Assembly (NCBI GenBank): GCA_050084985.1
Contig: JBITNC010000001.1
Span: 18,786,001-18,850,000, forward strand
Reading direction: 5' to 3'
Length of the DNA: 64,000 nucleotides
Origin: Nageia nagi
Taxonomy: Eukaryota > Plantae > Pinophyta
Shown piece after piece: positions 24,237-37,851 of this stretch. The translations under genes and the position numbers were made by a program. The notes under the pieces were generated by a model that made no database searches, was not told where the DNA came from, and saw nothing but the letters and a program-made list of their open reading frames with translations. Position 1 is the first letter of the stretch; each line of letters starts with the position of its first letter.

Positions 24237-24419
24237 GCAATTCCTGGAATGCTTCTTGCATTGGTGCTTTGTTTTGATCATCGAAAAAGTCGGGATATCA
24301 CAGATGGAACTGGCCGAAAATACATATGGTATGCTTTGTCTGGTTATGCTGCTGGTCTTATTGCTGCTCTTGCAGCTGGAGTACTGACACGTTCTCCACA
24401 ACCTGCTCTTTTATATTTG
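24237..24419 (+). CDS. SPPL1: SPPL1 coding exon 2 (61 codons)
   Basis: TGCAG acceptor; AIPGMLLALVLCFD...QPALLYL; GTAAGT donor; phase 0 on both sides. Confidence 0.95.
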
Positions 24420-24603
24420 GTAAGTTCACAAAATTTCTAAATAATCTTTTCTGAATATCTTTGTTGTCTCTTTGATTCTGAGTAAAATGTTGGCATTGAG
24501 CCATTCTTCTATTCCCAAATGTTTTACTTTCCCTTTTTGTACTCTTGAATGTTTCCTTGTCTAGTGACATTTTTGAATGTTTATTATTTGGAAAGATAAC
24601 ACA

Positions 24604-26029
24604 TTTTTTTTTTCGATTGTATTGAGGTTGGATTTTTAAAAGGAATCCTAACCTTGTACATCCTTCCCGTAAAAAGCACTGAAGCTTTGGCATAGACTGG
24701 ACTGGGAAATGTCCGTAACAAAACAGTACAAAAATCTTTCTAAAACCAAAAAAGTATGCTATGCTAGATCAATTCTTGCTCCACCACAAGAATCTAAAAT
24801 GAATTGGGGATTCAAAGATTCCCACCGAGATGAAAAGGAGAGACTACAGACAACCATTCCACAAAAATACCAACTACAGTGAAGAGCTTCGAAGAACAAA
24901 AGGGTGGGGAGGAAACTCAACCCAACATCTCAATTAATGGTAAAGGGGTTCCCTCGCTTGACATTCCCACACCTCAAATGTTGCATTGGTTTCCCTTGTT
25001 TGAGGCTTTCAAACCCCAAACTCTGCATTACCTTGAGCTCACAATCTGACACAACACTGCTGTTCTGCACTCATCCATGGAACTGCTTCCACCATTCCAA
25101 ACAATGTTCGTTCAGACACAGTGAAGATCCAGAACAATGCCCATACATTGTTCATCATCCTCCGAGCAATTCCCATACGAAGCTCAGTCACAGTGAGAGA
25201 CCACTAAAAACGGCCCATACGTTAATTAGACACAGTAAGATACCCCTGAAGAATACCCATATATTGTTCAGTCATTGTTCAAACCCAACCATATGTCATT
25301 CAGGTTAGGCTCAACCAATCAGGCTCATCACCGTCTGCCGAAAGAGGGAAACACTGCCCATACAGTCCAATCCTCCAACGACAAAGCCCTCCAACAGAAG
25401 AGGTCAGGAACACGTCGACCAACAGCCCAAAAATCCCTACCGCCCGCAATCTCCCAGATCTCAAAGTTGATGGCAAAACCTTACACCCCATCTAGCCCCT
25501 AGCCAGACTGTTCTTTGTCAAAGACAGATCCAGGACTCTAGGGAACCTCTGTCAGACCCATGGAAGAAGATTTCCAGAAACCCCCTTAACGGCACACCAA
25601 AACCCAAAAAGTCCAGTGATCCCAGACAAAAAAAGCCAGGTTTGCCAATGCCCAAGCTCCCAAACAGCAAACCAGTGGAGCTGGAGCATACCACATCATC
25701 CGGAAGTCTCTAATGAAACCCCTTTGATGGTCGACCCCAAGACTCTCAAGACAGCAAGACGTGGAGGCTAGCAAAGCCTCCAAGGACCAAGTAGCGCTTC
25801 TGAATGCACCTCCACTGGACTGCTTTGCCAAGGCCAACAAGCACCCCGCCCACCACACAACCAGATCCTTGCACCAGGAACACCCTGGCTACTAGAATGC
25901 CAACCTCCCCCCGCCATCATCCTCGCCATTCTCCCTGCTGTCGCTGTCCTCTCCCTCCTCGCCTGAGAGGAACCCTAACCCTCCTCCCCCGATAAGTGCC
26001 ATTTATCAGAATGTTATTGAGCAACCACC
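24604..26029 (-). mobile_element. Non-coding non-LTR retroposon in SPPL1 intron 2
   Basis: Direct repeat AAGATAACACA(TTTTTT) at 24593 and 26030; T10 run at the left end (poly(A) on -); GC-rich 5' head; no RT or EN motifs seen. Confidence 0.85.
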
Positions 26030-27803
26030 AAGATAACACATTTTTTGGATGTGGATTGAGAACTTTATATCTTAAATATTCATAATATATCAATACAGTG
26101 AAAAAATATTTTTTCTTGAATATTAGAGTGTCAGATTGTAGGAATCATCTGTGGATATTTTAAATTTTTGTTTTTCTATGATGTGGGTTTTCTTCACATA
26201 TTGTCCAAATTGATTGAATTTCTTATTGGTCTTCTAAAATTATATTTGTGATGTGAAATTTAAAAATTCATCCTAAAGAACTAACAGAAAAAAATTCACT
26301 GAACTAAATGGATTAAAATTGTCTTGCATTGTGGCATACATTTTTCATTTTGAAATTGGTCTATCACTAAGTGCCATTATAAATGTTAAGCTGTCAACAA
26401 CCTCAGAAGACAAAATTGTTTGCATGTGATCCTTAGGAGGAGCCAGGGGGAGCAACTGATCTTAAAAAATATCATTTAGCCTACAAAGGTTATTGAACTG
26501 ACCAGAGATTTGGATTATCAAGTCCAAGTTTTATTGCAAACATGGATGTCCAAAAACTTTGCATGTGAAATGTTGAAGTAGTTTTTCTTTAAAGGAAATT
26601 TCTACTTTGGATTCATGGTGTCGGCATAAGAAAGTTATTTTGTTATAGGGTAAATGGTGTAGAAACGTATGAAATAAGTGGAAAGAGAGCACGTTTGGGG
26701 CATTCTGGTTCATGATCTATTTCAATGTTTTTTCCTGATTTAGTAGTCCATTAGAAACCTGTAATCTTATGCATGGTGGATGCATGCCAAGTTGGAACCA
26801 TTACAACATAGACATCTTGAATTATGTCTGTCAAAGCAACGTAGAAGATTCTATTATTGTCTATTAGGGGTAGTAAATATTTGGTTATATTTATATGCAA
26901 TGTTTTTCTCATATAATCAATAGTTATTCTCATATTTTGTAATGTGTTAAAATATATGCTCATATTTAGTAATGTGTTCGCTTATTTCCAACTGAAGGCT
27001 AATGATGGCCATAATTAGCAGTAGAGTGACTTTGTGTTGTATTCATCAAATCATATAAATTAGCTTTTTCAAATCTCAAGTTGTCATCCTTGGTGAGCTA
27101 CTTACAATTTTGTTGCTTATCTATCATCTGGAGTATGGACTATCATCAGTATCAGATACAAGAGGAGTTTCAGTCCTGGCATTTCAATTCTAGTCTTTAT
27201 ATTGGTCTGGTTTAGAGCAGGAAATATTTGGACTTGAAGAAAGTAAGAAAAGAGTTCGATGAAATAAAAGCAACTCTGCTGTAGAGGCTGTCAAGAAGCA
27301 TTACTATGGTTCTAATAGGAGACTTGTGGAATTCTGATGGATGCTTACTGAACTTCTCAAGAAACTCAATTGCTTTTTCTGTTGACTAAACTTTTCTGTT
27401 ATTCATCTGGCATGATTAACTGTGATAAATTTTAAAATACACAATACATGTTTCAAATCTCAGTCCATCTTCTTGTGATCATAAAAGATTTAATAACAGG
27501 AGAAATGCAGTAATCATTTACTGTTCAGCATCCAATCCAATTAGCATATGGTACTTGTATAATTGGAGATCTTATCCTGGATATTTCAGAGTAGGTCGTG
27601 CATATCGAGTTGTCATTTATCAGGTGTAGTAATATTGTAGTAGTCAAAAGTATTTTCCAAGTCACACTTTGATTAGTCGTAGAGGAAGGACTAATCTGCT
27701 ATTAAACATAGTCTTTGAGAAAAGTGAATTCCAGGAGCTCGTGTGTAGTGTCGATTGTGTACTACTGTCTTTTTGCCCTTTGTCAGTTATGTTGTGCAAT
27801 ATA

Positions 27804-28915
27804 CATGTCAAGATTTTTGGCAACTTTACATGTGTCGGGGATGGGCATAGGAGGGACTGGGAAATGTGTATCTAGGGATGGTAGGGGACAGGGACCTGAT
27901 TTTACAGGATGTCTTGGAAATTGCAAGGGGACAACAAGTATATAACTAGTAAAAATTCTCAGAATTTTGAGATTTTTGAGAAATAAAGATAGTTTCTGCG
28001 TTCATCTATCAATTCAATGAATTCATTAATGAGATCAAATATGAAATATCAAATACAGAATTGAGAATACTGAAACCTGAAATTTGAAACTGAAACTAAA
28101 ATAATTTAATTCAAATATGAATGAGCATAATCAATGAACCATAATCATATAATGTCATTAAGTTGAATCAAGTACATAATCAATGATACAATGATCATAA
28201 TGTTATATGTGAATAATATTTATGCTGAAGTGAGCAGCTGTGATGATGTTCAAAGAGTAAGGACATTGATGAAAGATAGAATATGTGGTGACTGCCATAC
28301 TGCAGTCTAGTTTATCTCCAAGATTGTTGCAAGGGACATTGTTGTGAAGAATGCCATCCGATTCCATCATTTCAAACGTGGAGAATGTTCTCGTGGAGAT
28401 TAATGATTAATTACTTTATATTTATTGCCTATTGGTAATGCAAGCTGCGAAGTAAACATCATACATGGGAAATGGACAAACCTGTTGAGAGCCTGAGACC
28501 CACGATTCTGCTGAAGAGACCCATGAAAATGCCCAGAAAAACCACAAAAATGCCCAAAACACTGAAAGTGAAAACCCTTTGCTCGTTTTGCTCCCTGGAA
28601 GCCCAACAATGAAGAATATAATCTTAAACTAGCCTTTTAGGTTTACTTTCTGGTTTTATATTATTTTAATAAGCTTTTTTTGGAAAAAAAATGCAAGTTT
28701 TATAAATTTTTTTAATGTTTTGAAGTTCAAAAAAAAGAGGGATGGCCAACCACCCCCTTGCTAGTAGGGGAACGGATGGGGGGCAGTCCCAGATTCCCTG
28801 GACGTCTAGGGACAGCCCCTGCCGTTTCCCTCAAAAACGTCACCATTGATATCCCCTCATCCGAGAAATTTTGCGGATGGGGATGCGTCTCCTTGTTTCA
28901 GTGGCATATGGCATG
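27804..28915. mobile_element. Probable non-autonomous DNA transposon (hAT-like GGGGAC/GTCCC subterminal motifs) carrying a PPR fragment
   Basis: GGGAC/GGGGAT motifs at 27835-27935 and GTCCC/ATCCCC motifs at 28785-28895 bracket an AT-rich core. TIR and TSD not resolved, so ends are approximate. Confidence 0.5.
28215..28406 (+). pseudogene. PPR E-domain fused to the C-terminal half of a DYW domain
   Basis: Single frame [61 protein letters not shown]. Confidence 0.9.
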
Positions 28916-28953
28916 CTATGGTGCCATCCAGTATGCATAGACACCTATGTCAA

Positions 28954-29055
28954 AGGCTTAAGAAGATATTCATTATGCACATTTGCTAGTGAACCTAGGG
29001 TTCGAAAAGTCAAGAGGCTTAAGAAGATATTCATTATGCACATTTGCTAGTGAAC
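28954..29055. repeat. Perfect 41-bp direct repeat with 20-bp spacer
   Basis: AGGCTTAAGAAGATATTCATTATGCACATTTGCTAGTGAAC at 28954-28994 and 29015-29055. Confidence 0.95.
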
Positions 29056-30021
29056 GGTTTGAAAAATGGTGACTTAGCTTTATAGACATACTAAAAATTA
29101 AAAAATACCTGCGAAGTCATAGTAATCAAGAATTTCTAGTCTGATATTTTGTCTTTGTGTTAATGTATGAAGTTGGGTTTAGACTTTGGGTCTTTGTCAT
29201 GACATATTTTTCCTACACTGTTTTGTTGTTATGACTTATTATAATTCTAGAATGTCATTTCTCTGTTCTGTTTATGTCTACTCCCTACTTATCAAAAGTA
29301 ATATGAATTTTACCATTGATAGTTTTTGAAGTGTTTGTTTTATATTTTGTAATTTTTGATGTCGAGAGAAACTTTGTTGTGGTCTCAAGCCTCCAGTTAT
29401 TCAGTGCTACCTGTGTCCATGTAAGTAAATGGTATTCAACCTGGAATTGGTGCTTTTTGTAACAACAGTAAAGCATATATTTCTTGAGTTTCATTTTCTG
29501 TTTGTCTATTTTCCAAGGTCTATGATATATTAAATGATCTCCTATCGTTTTGTATAATTTCATAGTTCATTTCAATTTCATTTTCATTTTCATTTGGTTT
29601 CAAGTGATTCTCCTTTTTACTTCTCAGCATGTAGATTGATAATAATAGATATATTCAAGGTTCTGATTGGTAAGGTGGTTTTACTGTCAAGCTTATAGTT
29701 TATGTCTGAATTATATAGATATGAGTTTTTGTATATGGATTATATCAGAATGAGCACCACAGTACTATGGGAAGAGAGATCCAGTACAAAATCTTCATAA
29801 ATAAAAAACAACTCTGAAAATATTCATACAAATTACATAAAAGAAACTAGCACATAATTACTCAAATGGAAATTTCCGACCTTTTGTTGTACACTTGATT
29901 TGTGAAGGAATGTGACAGAAATTGGGTCAGCGGGATGTCTTAAGAAGTATTATTCATCTTTGTTTGGTCCACCTTTGGTTTATATTTTCAATAACAAACT
30001 ACATGGTTTTCTGTGATGTAG

Positions 30022-30138
30022 GTTCCATCGACACTTGGACCTGTTATTGTTACTTCTTGGCTTAGAAGTGAACTGAATGAATTGTGGGATGGTCCAAGAC
30101 CAATTGTAAATGATAAAACAAGAATGATGGAAGTGTAA
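30022..30138 (+). CDS. SPPL1: SPPL1 coding exon 3 (38 aa + stop)
   Basis: TGTAG acceptor, then VPSTLGPVIVTSWLRSELNELWDGPRPIVNDKTRMMEV*; continues the QPALLYLVP motif. Missing from the ORF track because it is short. Confidence 0.93.
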   Translation, partial: VPSTLGPVIVTSWLRSELNELWDGPRPIVNDKTRMMEV

Positions 30139-32641
30139 CTGTCATGACAAAATGCGAATGAAGTGTAATTTTCATGAAAATCACATTGAGTCCCTCGGAA
30201 AATTTTGGTGGGAAACCCTACCTTTAAAGTATTTTACAATATTCTACTGGAGCATGATGTTTGTTTGTGAAGCATTCATTCTAGTGCTTTACGATAATTT
30301 TTCTTTAATCTTCTGCAACAATGATTTACTTGTTTAAGCACAGCTTTAATATTGATCATTTCATTTCAGTTAGATGAAAACAATGAAGCACTGTGGCTGA
30401 TTTAATATGTTGGATCACTACTATTTTGTTGAACCTATTTTACTTGTAGAGATAAGGTTTATATTTCATTGAGTTCTTTAGTTAACCTCAATTAAAAATA
30501 CCAGAAATGTACTAGGGTCTTACAAATACACAGCAAGTAAATATCGAGCTAGTTGAAGAAAGTGCGATCATAAATCTGTTCTTCTTGTAAATGCCTTATA
30601 TTTTCAAAAAACAGTTTCATCCTGCTAGTCACAAAATCAAGGAAATTGATAATGATATCATCTAGAGTACTATGGGAGAGAAAATACTAGCTGAGAAGTG
30701 TCAACCTCCATAAGATTAGTGTTCATATAGATTATGATGAATTCTACTGTCAAAGTTTACCATAAGATTGACAAGTTTCACACGCACACATACTTCCTTT
30801 ATCTCTGGTTTTCACTTACAACGTTCATCTGAAATGCAGTTGGTAAACAACTCACTATCGGGAGATCTTTCATGCATGTGAGGAATTATTGTAAAGTTGT
30901 ACACCGAGGAACCAGATTGAAAATATATAAAGTAAATTACTCATTTCTATTGCAGTAAACTGCCACCTGGATAGCCAGAAAAAAACTCGTGAGAACATGC
31001 TACAGAACTTTCAAATGCGATGTACTCCCCTCTGAAATATAAGGACTTACTATCTTCATTCATTGTTCTGCAACTTGATGTATAGTTACGTGATTCATAA
31101 ATCTCAGTAAATGATGCATTAAACAAATGCAATTGATTGTTGACGTTGATTGCAAAGAAACAGTAGGGTCGGCTCTTGCACCATGGTGCAATAGCATCAT
31201 GCTATGAATCTGTTGGTGGGATTGATGGATGTTGTTTGATGATCCTTCATTAAATATTGTAATTGTTGGTGAAACAAAAAGAGAGTTTAAGATACTCTTT
31301 GTAAACATTTATTTTGTATGGATTAGTACTACTCTTCTTGTGCTTGTGTTTACACAAGGTGCAAGGACTTTCATATGGTTTTGCAGCGTGAAGACTCAGA
31401 ATATTCTTTTAGGCTCCTTTAAAAAATGAACTTAAATAAGCAAGAGGGGAACAAGAACCTGTAATAGAATTGCGCAATTGTGTTAATGTTAAGAAAAATT
31501 GGATGGCTTTAATTGTAATGAAATCCTTCTTACGAACAGTTGTTATTTTGGTCGATACATTTTTTTTTGTTAAAGTCACCAATATCTTGCAACAGATGGA
31601 TCAAATGGCTAAGTTATGAGAAAATGTTGTGCTATCCATTAATCATCGTAAGCATTCATATGAAATAAATGTTTCAATAACAAAGTTTAAAAAAGACCTC
31701 AAACAAAAGATACGGGCTTTTGACCTTTGAATTTTTAAGCAAATTATTGTAGAATATGTGTAGCAAACTTGAATGTTTTGCGTTTCTCTTCAAAATTCAA
31801 GTACAAAGAAAGAGTTAGCTGCTACAGAATAGAATCAATCCGAGCCGCGCCCTCATATTTAACCAACGTGGCCCGCTGTCTTGAGTTCGCCCATCGTCTA
31901 TATGACTGGCAAAATGGCCACGGTGCTGAAACGCGATATGTCGGCCTGACCCAGCGATCAGTAAATTCACTTCTGTATTGGCGGGTTAACCCTTCCTCTT
32001 AAAGCATCACCCTCTAATTCGTTCATTATCGATTCAATGTCACAAGTGTAGCTTTTACTGTTACAAGGATATGTTCTTATAATCAACAAAATGAAGAATG
32101 TATAGGTCCAATTTCAAATCAATTACATATGTCAAAGGTAACAATATTGCCACATGGTCACTCCAGCATTATATTTTCAACACCTTATAATCCTTTGGAA
32201 TAGCTCATTAAGGATGCTCTTTGTAAACTAGAATTCTGTAACTGAGGATGAGAGATTTGATTGTTACTGTTCCAAATTTCTGTTCCGTATTTCTCTGGCA
32301 AAAGAAATCAAGTAAGTGCAATTTATATAGAATTTGAAAAATAAAAATTGATGTTAACATATACATGGCAAGAAGAGCTGTTGAGATTTTGATGATAAAA
32401 GTATTTGCCACGAAGATTCTTAAATTCAAAATTAAATTTTGTGAGGGCTTCACGAATCCTCATCATTTGGAGACCTTAGATTCTTTAAAATTAAGCATAG
32501 GCAAATAAATCATTCTACTAGCAAGGAATAAAAGAGAATATCAAGAAATTTATAGAAGAATATGAAATTTGCTAATGTAACAAGGGATAAATAATAGATG
32601 CCCTAAGATTTTTATATTGTTACCCATTCTAGGATGATATT

Positions 32642-35600
32642 TATAGACTATTGAAGCAAAATCATAAGTTAAACCTACTAAAAACTCTTAATTCCAAGCC
32701 TACTGTTTTAGCTTTCATGTTTTTGTCTTAGAGTTGTGCATTGCATATCGATTAGGAATCGGACAATCGGTTCCAGCTTGTCGACTACTTCTATATTTAC
32801 ATTCTTTGTTAAAAGTTTTGTCTCTTCTTCTTTTTTTGCTTTTGTGAGTCGAATATGAAATGAACAATCAGGTTACTCTCTGTCTATTGAATGCATATAT
32901 GTCTCTATCAAAGACATTTAGATTGTTGGAGTGTATTTCAATAATATTATACAAGTTTGTTAGGTGTTTTGTGAAATTGTGAGACTTCATTGTTGAATGC
33001 ATTCTTACCTTGAATTGCAGAACTAAGTTTGTCATTGAATTACTTGTGCAATTTGTACATTTGTTTTTATTAAATCACTTCATTTGGTTTTAGAGCTTCG
33101 TTGTATCAACTTGGGTTCAAGAAGTTTGTTCAGGAAGGAGAAGACATGGAAAGCAATTCAAACACAATCTCAATTCTAGATTTTGATGGGAGTCACTATG
33201 AATATTGGAGTGTTCGGATGAAGACTCTCTTAGAGGGAAGAGGCTACTAGGATATTGTAGAAGTTGGCTACAATGATCCCACAGACTGAAATGCTTGCAT
33301 TGCAGATGTTAGGAAGGAGGTAAAAGAGAAAGAGAAGCAAAACTCAATGGCTCTCTCTTTGATCCAAGCAACTCTAGGCAAGAGCAAATTCCCAAGAATC
33401 TCAGCATGTATTTATGCCCAAGAAGCATGGGGAGCTTGAAGGTGAAAGAAGTGAAGCTCCAAACCATAAGAAGAGAGTTTGAAAATCTGAAACAAGAAGA
33501 CAATGAGTGCTGGAGATTATTGTGTGAGAGTGAAAACCATAGTCAATAAAATAGGCACTCTAGGAGAGAAAATTGAGAAAGAAGTGGTGATCAAGAAAGT
33601 CTTGAGGAATTTGACAAAAAAATATGATACTACTGCACTCATAATTGAAGAGACGAGACCTTTCAAACATGGAGATTGATAATTTAATTGACACTCTTAC
33701 ATCATATGAAGAGAGTTCTAAAAAGAGCAAAAATAGTAAATAACAATGATGAACAAGCATTTTCTATCAAAGAAAATAAAGGACAAGGTAGAGGCTCAAA
33801 AGCAAGAGGAAGAGGTGGAAGAAGAGGCAAAGAACAAAATTCTAAAAGTGAACAAACTTATTCTTCAAGGGGTAGACACTCCAGAAGAGAAAGAGGTAAA
33901 GATAAAAGAAATTTGCAATGCTATTATTGTAATAAATTTGATCATTTTGAGAGGGTGCAGATTGAAGTAAGCAAATGAAGGCAAATATGCCCACTATGGA
34001 TAAGAAGAGCAAGGATATGGAGAGCAACATTTGTCCCTCTCAATTGCAAACCCCCAAAATCTTGAAAATAAGACTTGGCTCTTACATAATGGTTGCACAA
34101 ACCATACGACCGATGGACAATCCTTACTTTCTACATTTAATTACTCTTACACGTCAAGTGTGAAGTTAGGAGTTGAGAAGAGCTTGGAGATTGTTGGTAA
34201 AGGAGAAATGCAAGTGCCAACAAAGAAGGGAACCATGAAGGTAAATGATATTTACTATGCTCCAAATTTGAAGCAAATTTTGTTGAGTATTGGCTAAATG
34301 CTTGAGAAGAATTATAAATTGGTGTTAGAAGATAGAATGTGCAAAATATATGATAAAAACCTTGGTGAAAGACATGTTACTACTATTCCAGTGACTGCAA
34401 ATAGACTCTTTCTAGAGAAGTTTCTTAAGAAGGATGGAGGTTTTATTTTTGTGGGAATTGAAGACAAAAATACACTTTGACACATGAGGCTTGGGCACTT
34501 GAATTCTCAAAGTTTGAAGACACTTCCATCAATGGTGAGAGAGCTATCACAAGTAGAAGATTGCAAAGAAGTATGTGAGGGATGTGTACTTGGAAAGCAA
34601 ACAAGGAGCAAGTTTCCAAAGGAAGAGGCATGGAGAGCCAAATATCCTCTACAACTGGTCCATACTGATATTTGTGGACTTATATAAACCCAAAGTTTTG
34701 GTAAATCCTCTTACTTTATTTTATAACTTTCATTGATGATTTCAGTAGAATGTGTTGGGCTTCATTAAAAGTAAAGATTAGGCATTGGACTGTTTTAAAG
34801 AATTCATAAATTTTGTTGAGAAGCAAAGTGACTATAATGTGAAGTGTTTGAGAAGCGATAGAGGAGGAGAGTATTGTAGTAATGAATTCTTTCAGTATTG
34901 TAAAGAAAATGGCATTAGGAGACATCTCACCTCTCCCTACACACCGCAACAAAACAATGTAGCGGAAAGGAAAAGTAGAACCTTGGTTGAGATGGTAAGA
35001 AGCATGATGCAAAGCAAGAAATTGTCGAATGCTTATTGGGCTGAACCAATAAGAACAACGATGCATATTTTGAACAACTCTCCTACAATAAGCTTGAATA
35101 AAATCACTCCCTATGAAGCTTAGTTTGAGAGAAAACCAAATTTGCAGCATTTGAAGGTTTTTGGTTGCATTGCATATGTTCGTTTGAATGATGTAAATAA
35201 GATGAAGTTGGATGCAAAATCAAAAGCATATGTGTTTATAGGATATTGTGAGCACTACAAAGCTTACAAATTCTATAATACCAAGACTCATAAGACCATT
35301 GTCTCAAGAGATGTCATTTTTGATGAAAGGGGAGAGTATGGTAATAGAAAATTGCAACAAAAATGTGTGTAGAAGAGAGTTTGGAGGAGAAAACATCATC
35401 AAATGTTCAACCCAACCATTTTTTGCCTCGTAAAAGTAAAGTTCAGCCATCAAGTGTGAGTGTTCCAAGCTCACCAAGCACCTCTAACTCCTCTACAACA
35501 CCAAAAAGTGTGAGTGCTCTAAGATCACCCAATGCAAGAATGATGAACCAAGGCAACAAAGGTAAGAGATGGTTGAAGGATCACCACCAAATCAAATTAT

Positions 35601-37851
35601 TGATTGTAACACCATGAGAAGAATCACAAGGAGCCAAACACAAGAAATGCAAAATCTAATCATAAGGTTAAAAAATATTCAGTTCTATGGAGATGAAGAT
35701 AGTGGAGAACCAAAAGGTGAAATGGTAAACTATGCACTTTTATCTTCTAGTTCAAATTCCAATTCTAATTCAACAAATACAATTGTTTTTGATCCATATT
35801 GTTATGAAGAAGCTTGTTCTAACTCTGTTTGGATATAACTATGAAAGAAGAGATTGATGCAATTGAAAGAAATGATAATTGACAACTTTGTGAGTTGCCT
35901 AAATGAAAGAAAGTTGTTGGTTCCAAGTGGGTGTACAAGACAAAATGCAAGAGTGATGATAGCATTGAAAGACACAAAGCAAATTTAGTTGCATAAGGAT
36001 TCATACAATAGTGTGGTGTTGATTTTGGGGAGACATTTGCACCTGTAGCAAGGCAAGAAACAATAAGCTTAGTGCTCTATTTGGCTGCAAGCAAGAATTG
36101 GGAGGTTCATCACATGGATGTAAAGAGTGCCTTTCTTAATGGGTACATTTATGAAGAAGTGTATGTAGCTCAACCTCAAGGCTTTGAGGTACAAGGAAAA
36201 GAAAACCAAGTATACAAGCTCAAGAAGGCATTGTATGGGTTGAAGCAAGCTCTAAGAGCTTGGTACATGAGAATATATGGATACTTCAAGGGTGTGGGCT
36301 TCCAAAGAAGTGTTAGTGAGCTTACTTTTTATTCCAAAAAAATATGGATACTTCAAGAGTGTGGGCTTCCAAAGAAGTGTAAGTGAGCCTACTTTGTATT
36401 TCAAAAAATATGGATATGATATTTTAGTTGTTTGTTTGTATGTAGATGATTTGATCTTCATGAGCAAAAATAACAAGATGAATGAAGCATTCAAAACTCA
36501 AATGATGGCTAAGTTTGAAATGAAAGACCTTGGTTTGATGAGCTACTTCTTTGGATTGGAGGTGTATCAAACAAATGAAGAGATATTTGTGTGCCAATCA
36601 AAATATGCACATGACATGTTGAAGAAATTTGGAATGGACAATTGCATTCATGTTCCAACTCCCATAACCCATGGAGAACACCTTTGCAAAGAAGATGGAG
36701 CACCCAAGGTAAACAAGGAGTATAGAAGTATTGTTGGAAGTCTCATGTTTCTAACAAATACAAGACCATATTGCAATTCAATGTTTCAATAGTTGCAAGA
36801 TACATGAGTGATTCATCCATTATCCATCTAAATGAAACAAAGAGAATCCTTAGATATGTGAAGGGAACATATAATTTTGGAATACATTACTCATGCAATT
36901 CCAAGTTCAAGCTCACAGGTTTCAATGATAGTGATTGGGGCAATGATTTAGATGATAGAAAGAGCACAAGTGGAAATTGCTTCTCGCTTGGATCATGTTT
37001 GGTGTCATGGAAATCTAGAAAATAATCCATTATAGCTCTTTCAAGTATTGAAGTTGAGTATGTTGCAGTGACAAATGCATCAATATAAGCATTATGGTTG
37101 AGAAAGGTGTTGAAGGAAATTGGAGAGAAGTAAAAGGGAACAAATTTAATCTTTTGTGACAACTAAAGTGCCATTAAGTTGGCATAAAACCTTGTCCATC
37201 ATTCCAAAACCAAGCACTTTGAGTTGAAGACTTATTTCATCAAGTATTCGATGGATAAAGGGATAGTTACATTGAGGTATTGTTCAACCCAAGACCAATT
37301 AGCACATATCTTTACCAAAGCGATGGGAAAACCTCAATTTTTTGCTGTTAAGAGACCTGATTGTTCACCCTCTTACCAACAAGGGGGAGTATGAAGACTA
37401 TCAAAGCAAAATCATAAGCCTACTAAAAACTCCTAATTATGAACTTAATGTTTTAGCTTTCACATCTTTAACTAAGAACTGATGCAATGCAAACTGTCAG
37501 AAAATTGACCAACGAACTCCAGAACCAACCTATCGGTTAGCAAACCAGCTTGTCGACTAGTTATGTCTTTATGTTTTTTGTTAAAAGCCTTGTCTCTTCA
37601 TTTTTTTCTTTTGTGAGTTGAATATGAAGTGAATAGTCAGGTCACTCTCAACCTAATCAATGTATATATTTCTTTTTCAAAGATATTTGTACTATTAGAG
37701 TGTATTTCAATAATATTATACAAGTTTGTTGGGTGTTTTAAGAAACTATGAGACTCCATTTTTGAATGCATTCTTACCTTGAGTTGCAAAAATGAGTTTG
37801 CCATTGAATTTTTTGTGCAATTCATTTATTTATTTTTATTAAATCACTTCA
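32642..37851 (+). mobile_element. Full-length decayed Ty1/Copia LTR retrotransposon
   Basis: LTRs ~32642-33082 and 37390-37851; PBS TGGTTTTAGAGC (tRNA-iMet-like); PPT AAGGGGGAG; imperfect TSD ATATT/ATATC. Gag CYYCNKFDH, integrase LVHTDICG / LRSDRGGEY / PQQN, RT HHMDVKSAFLNG / LYVDDL, RNase H DSDWG..DDRKSTSG; many stops. Confidence 0.95.
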
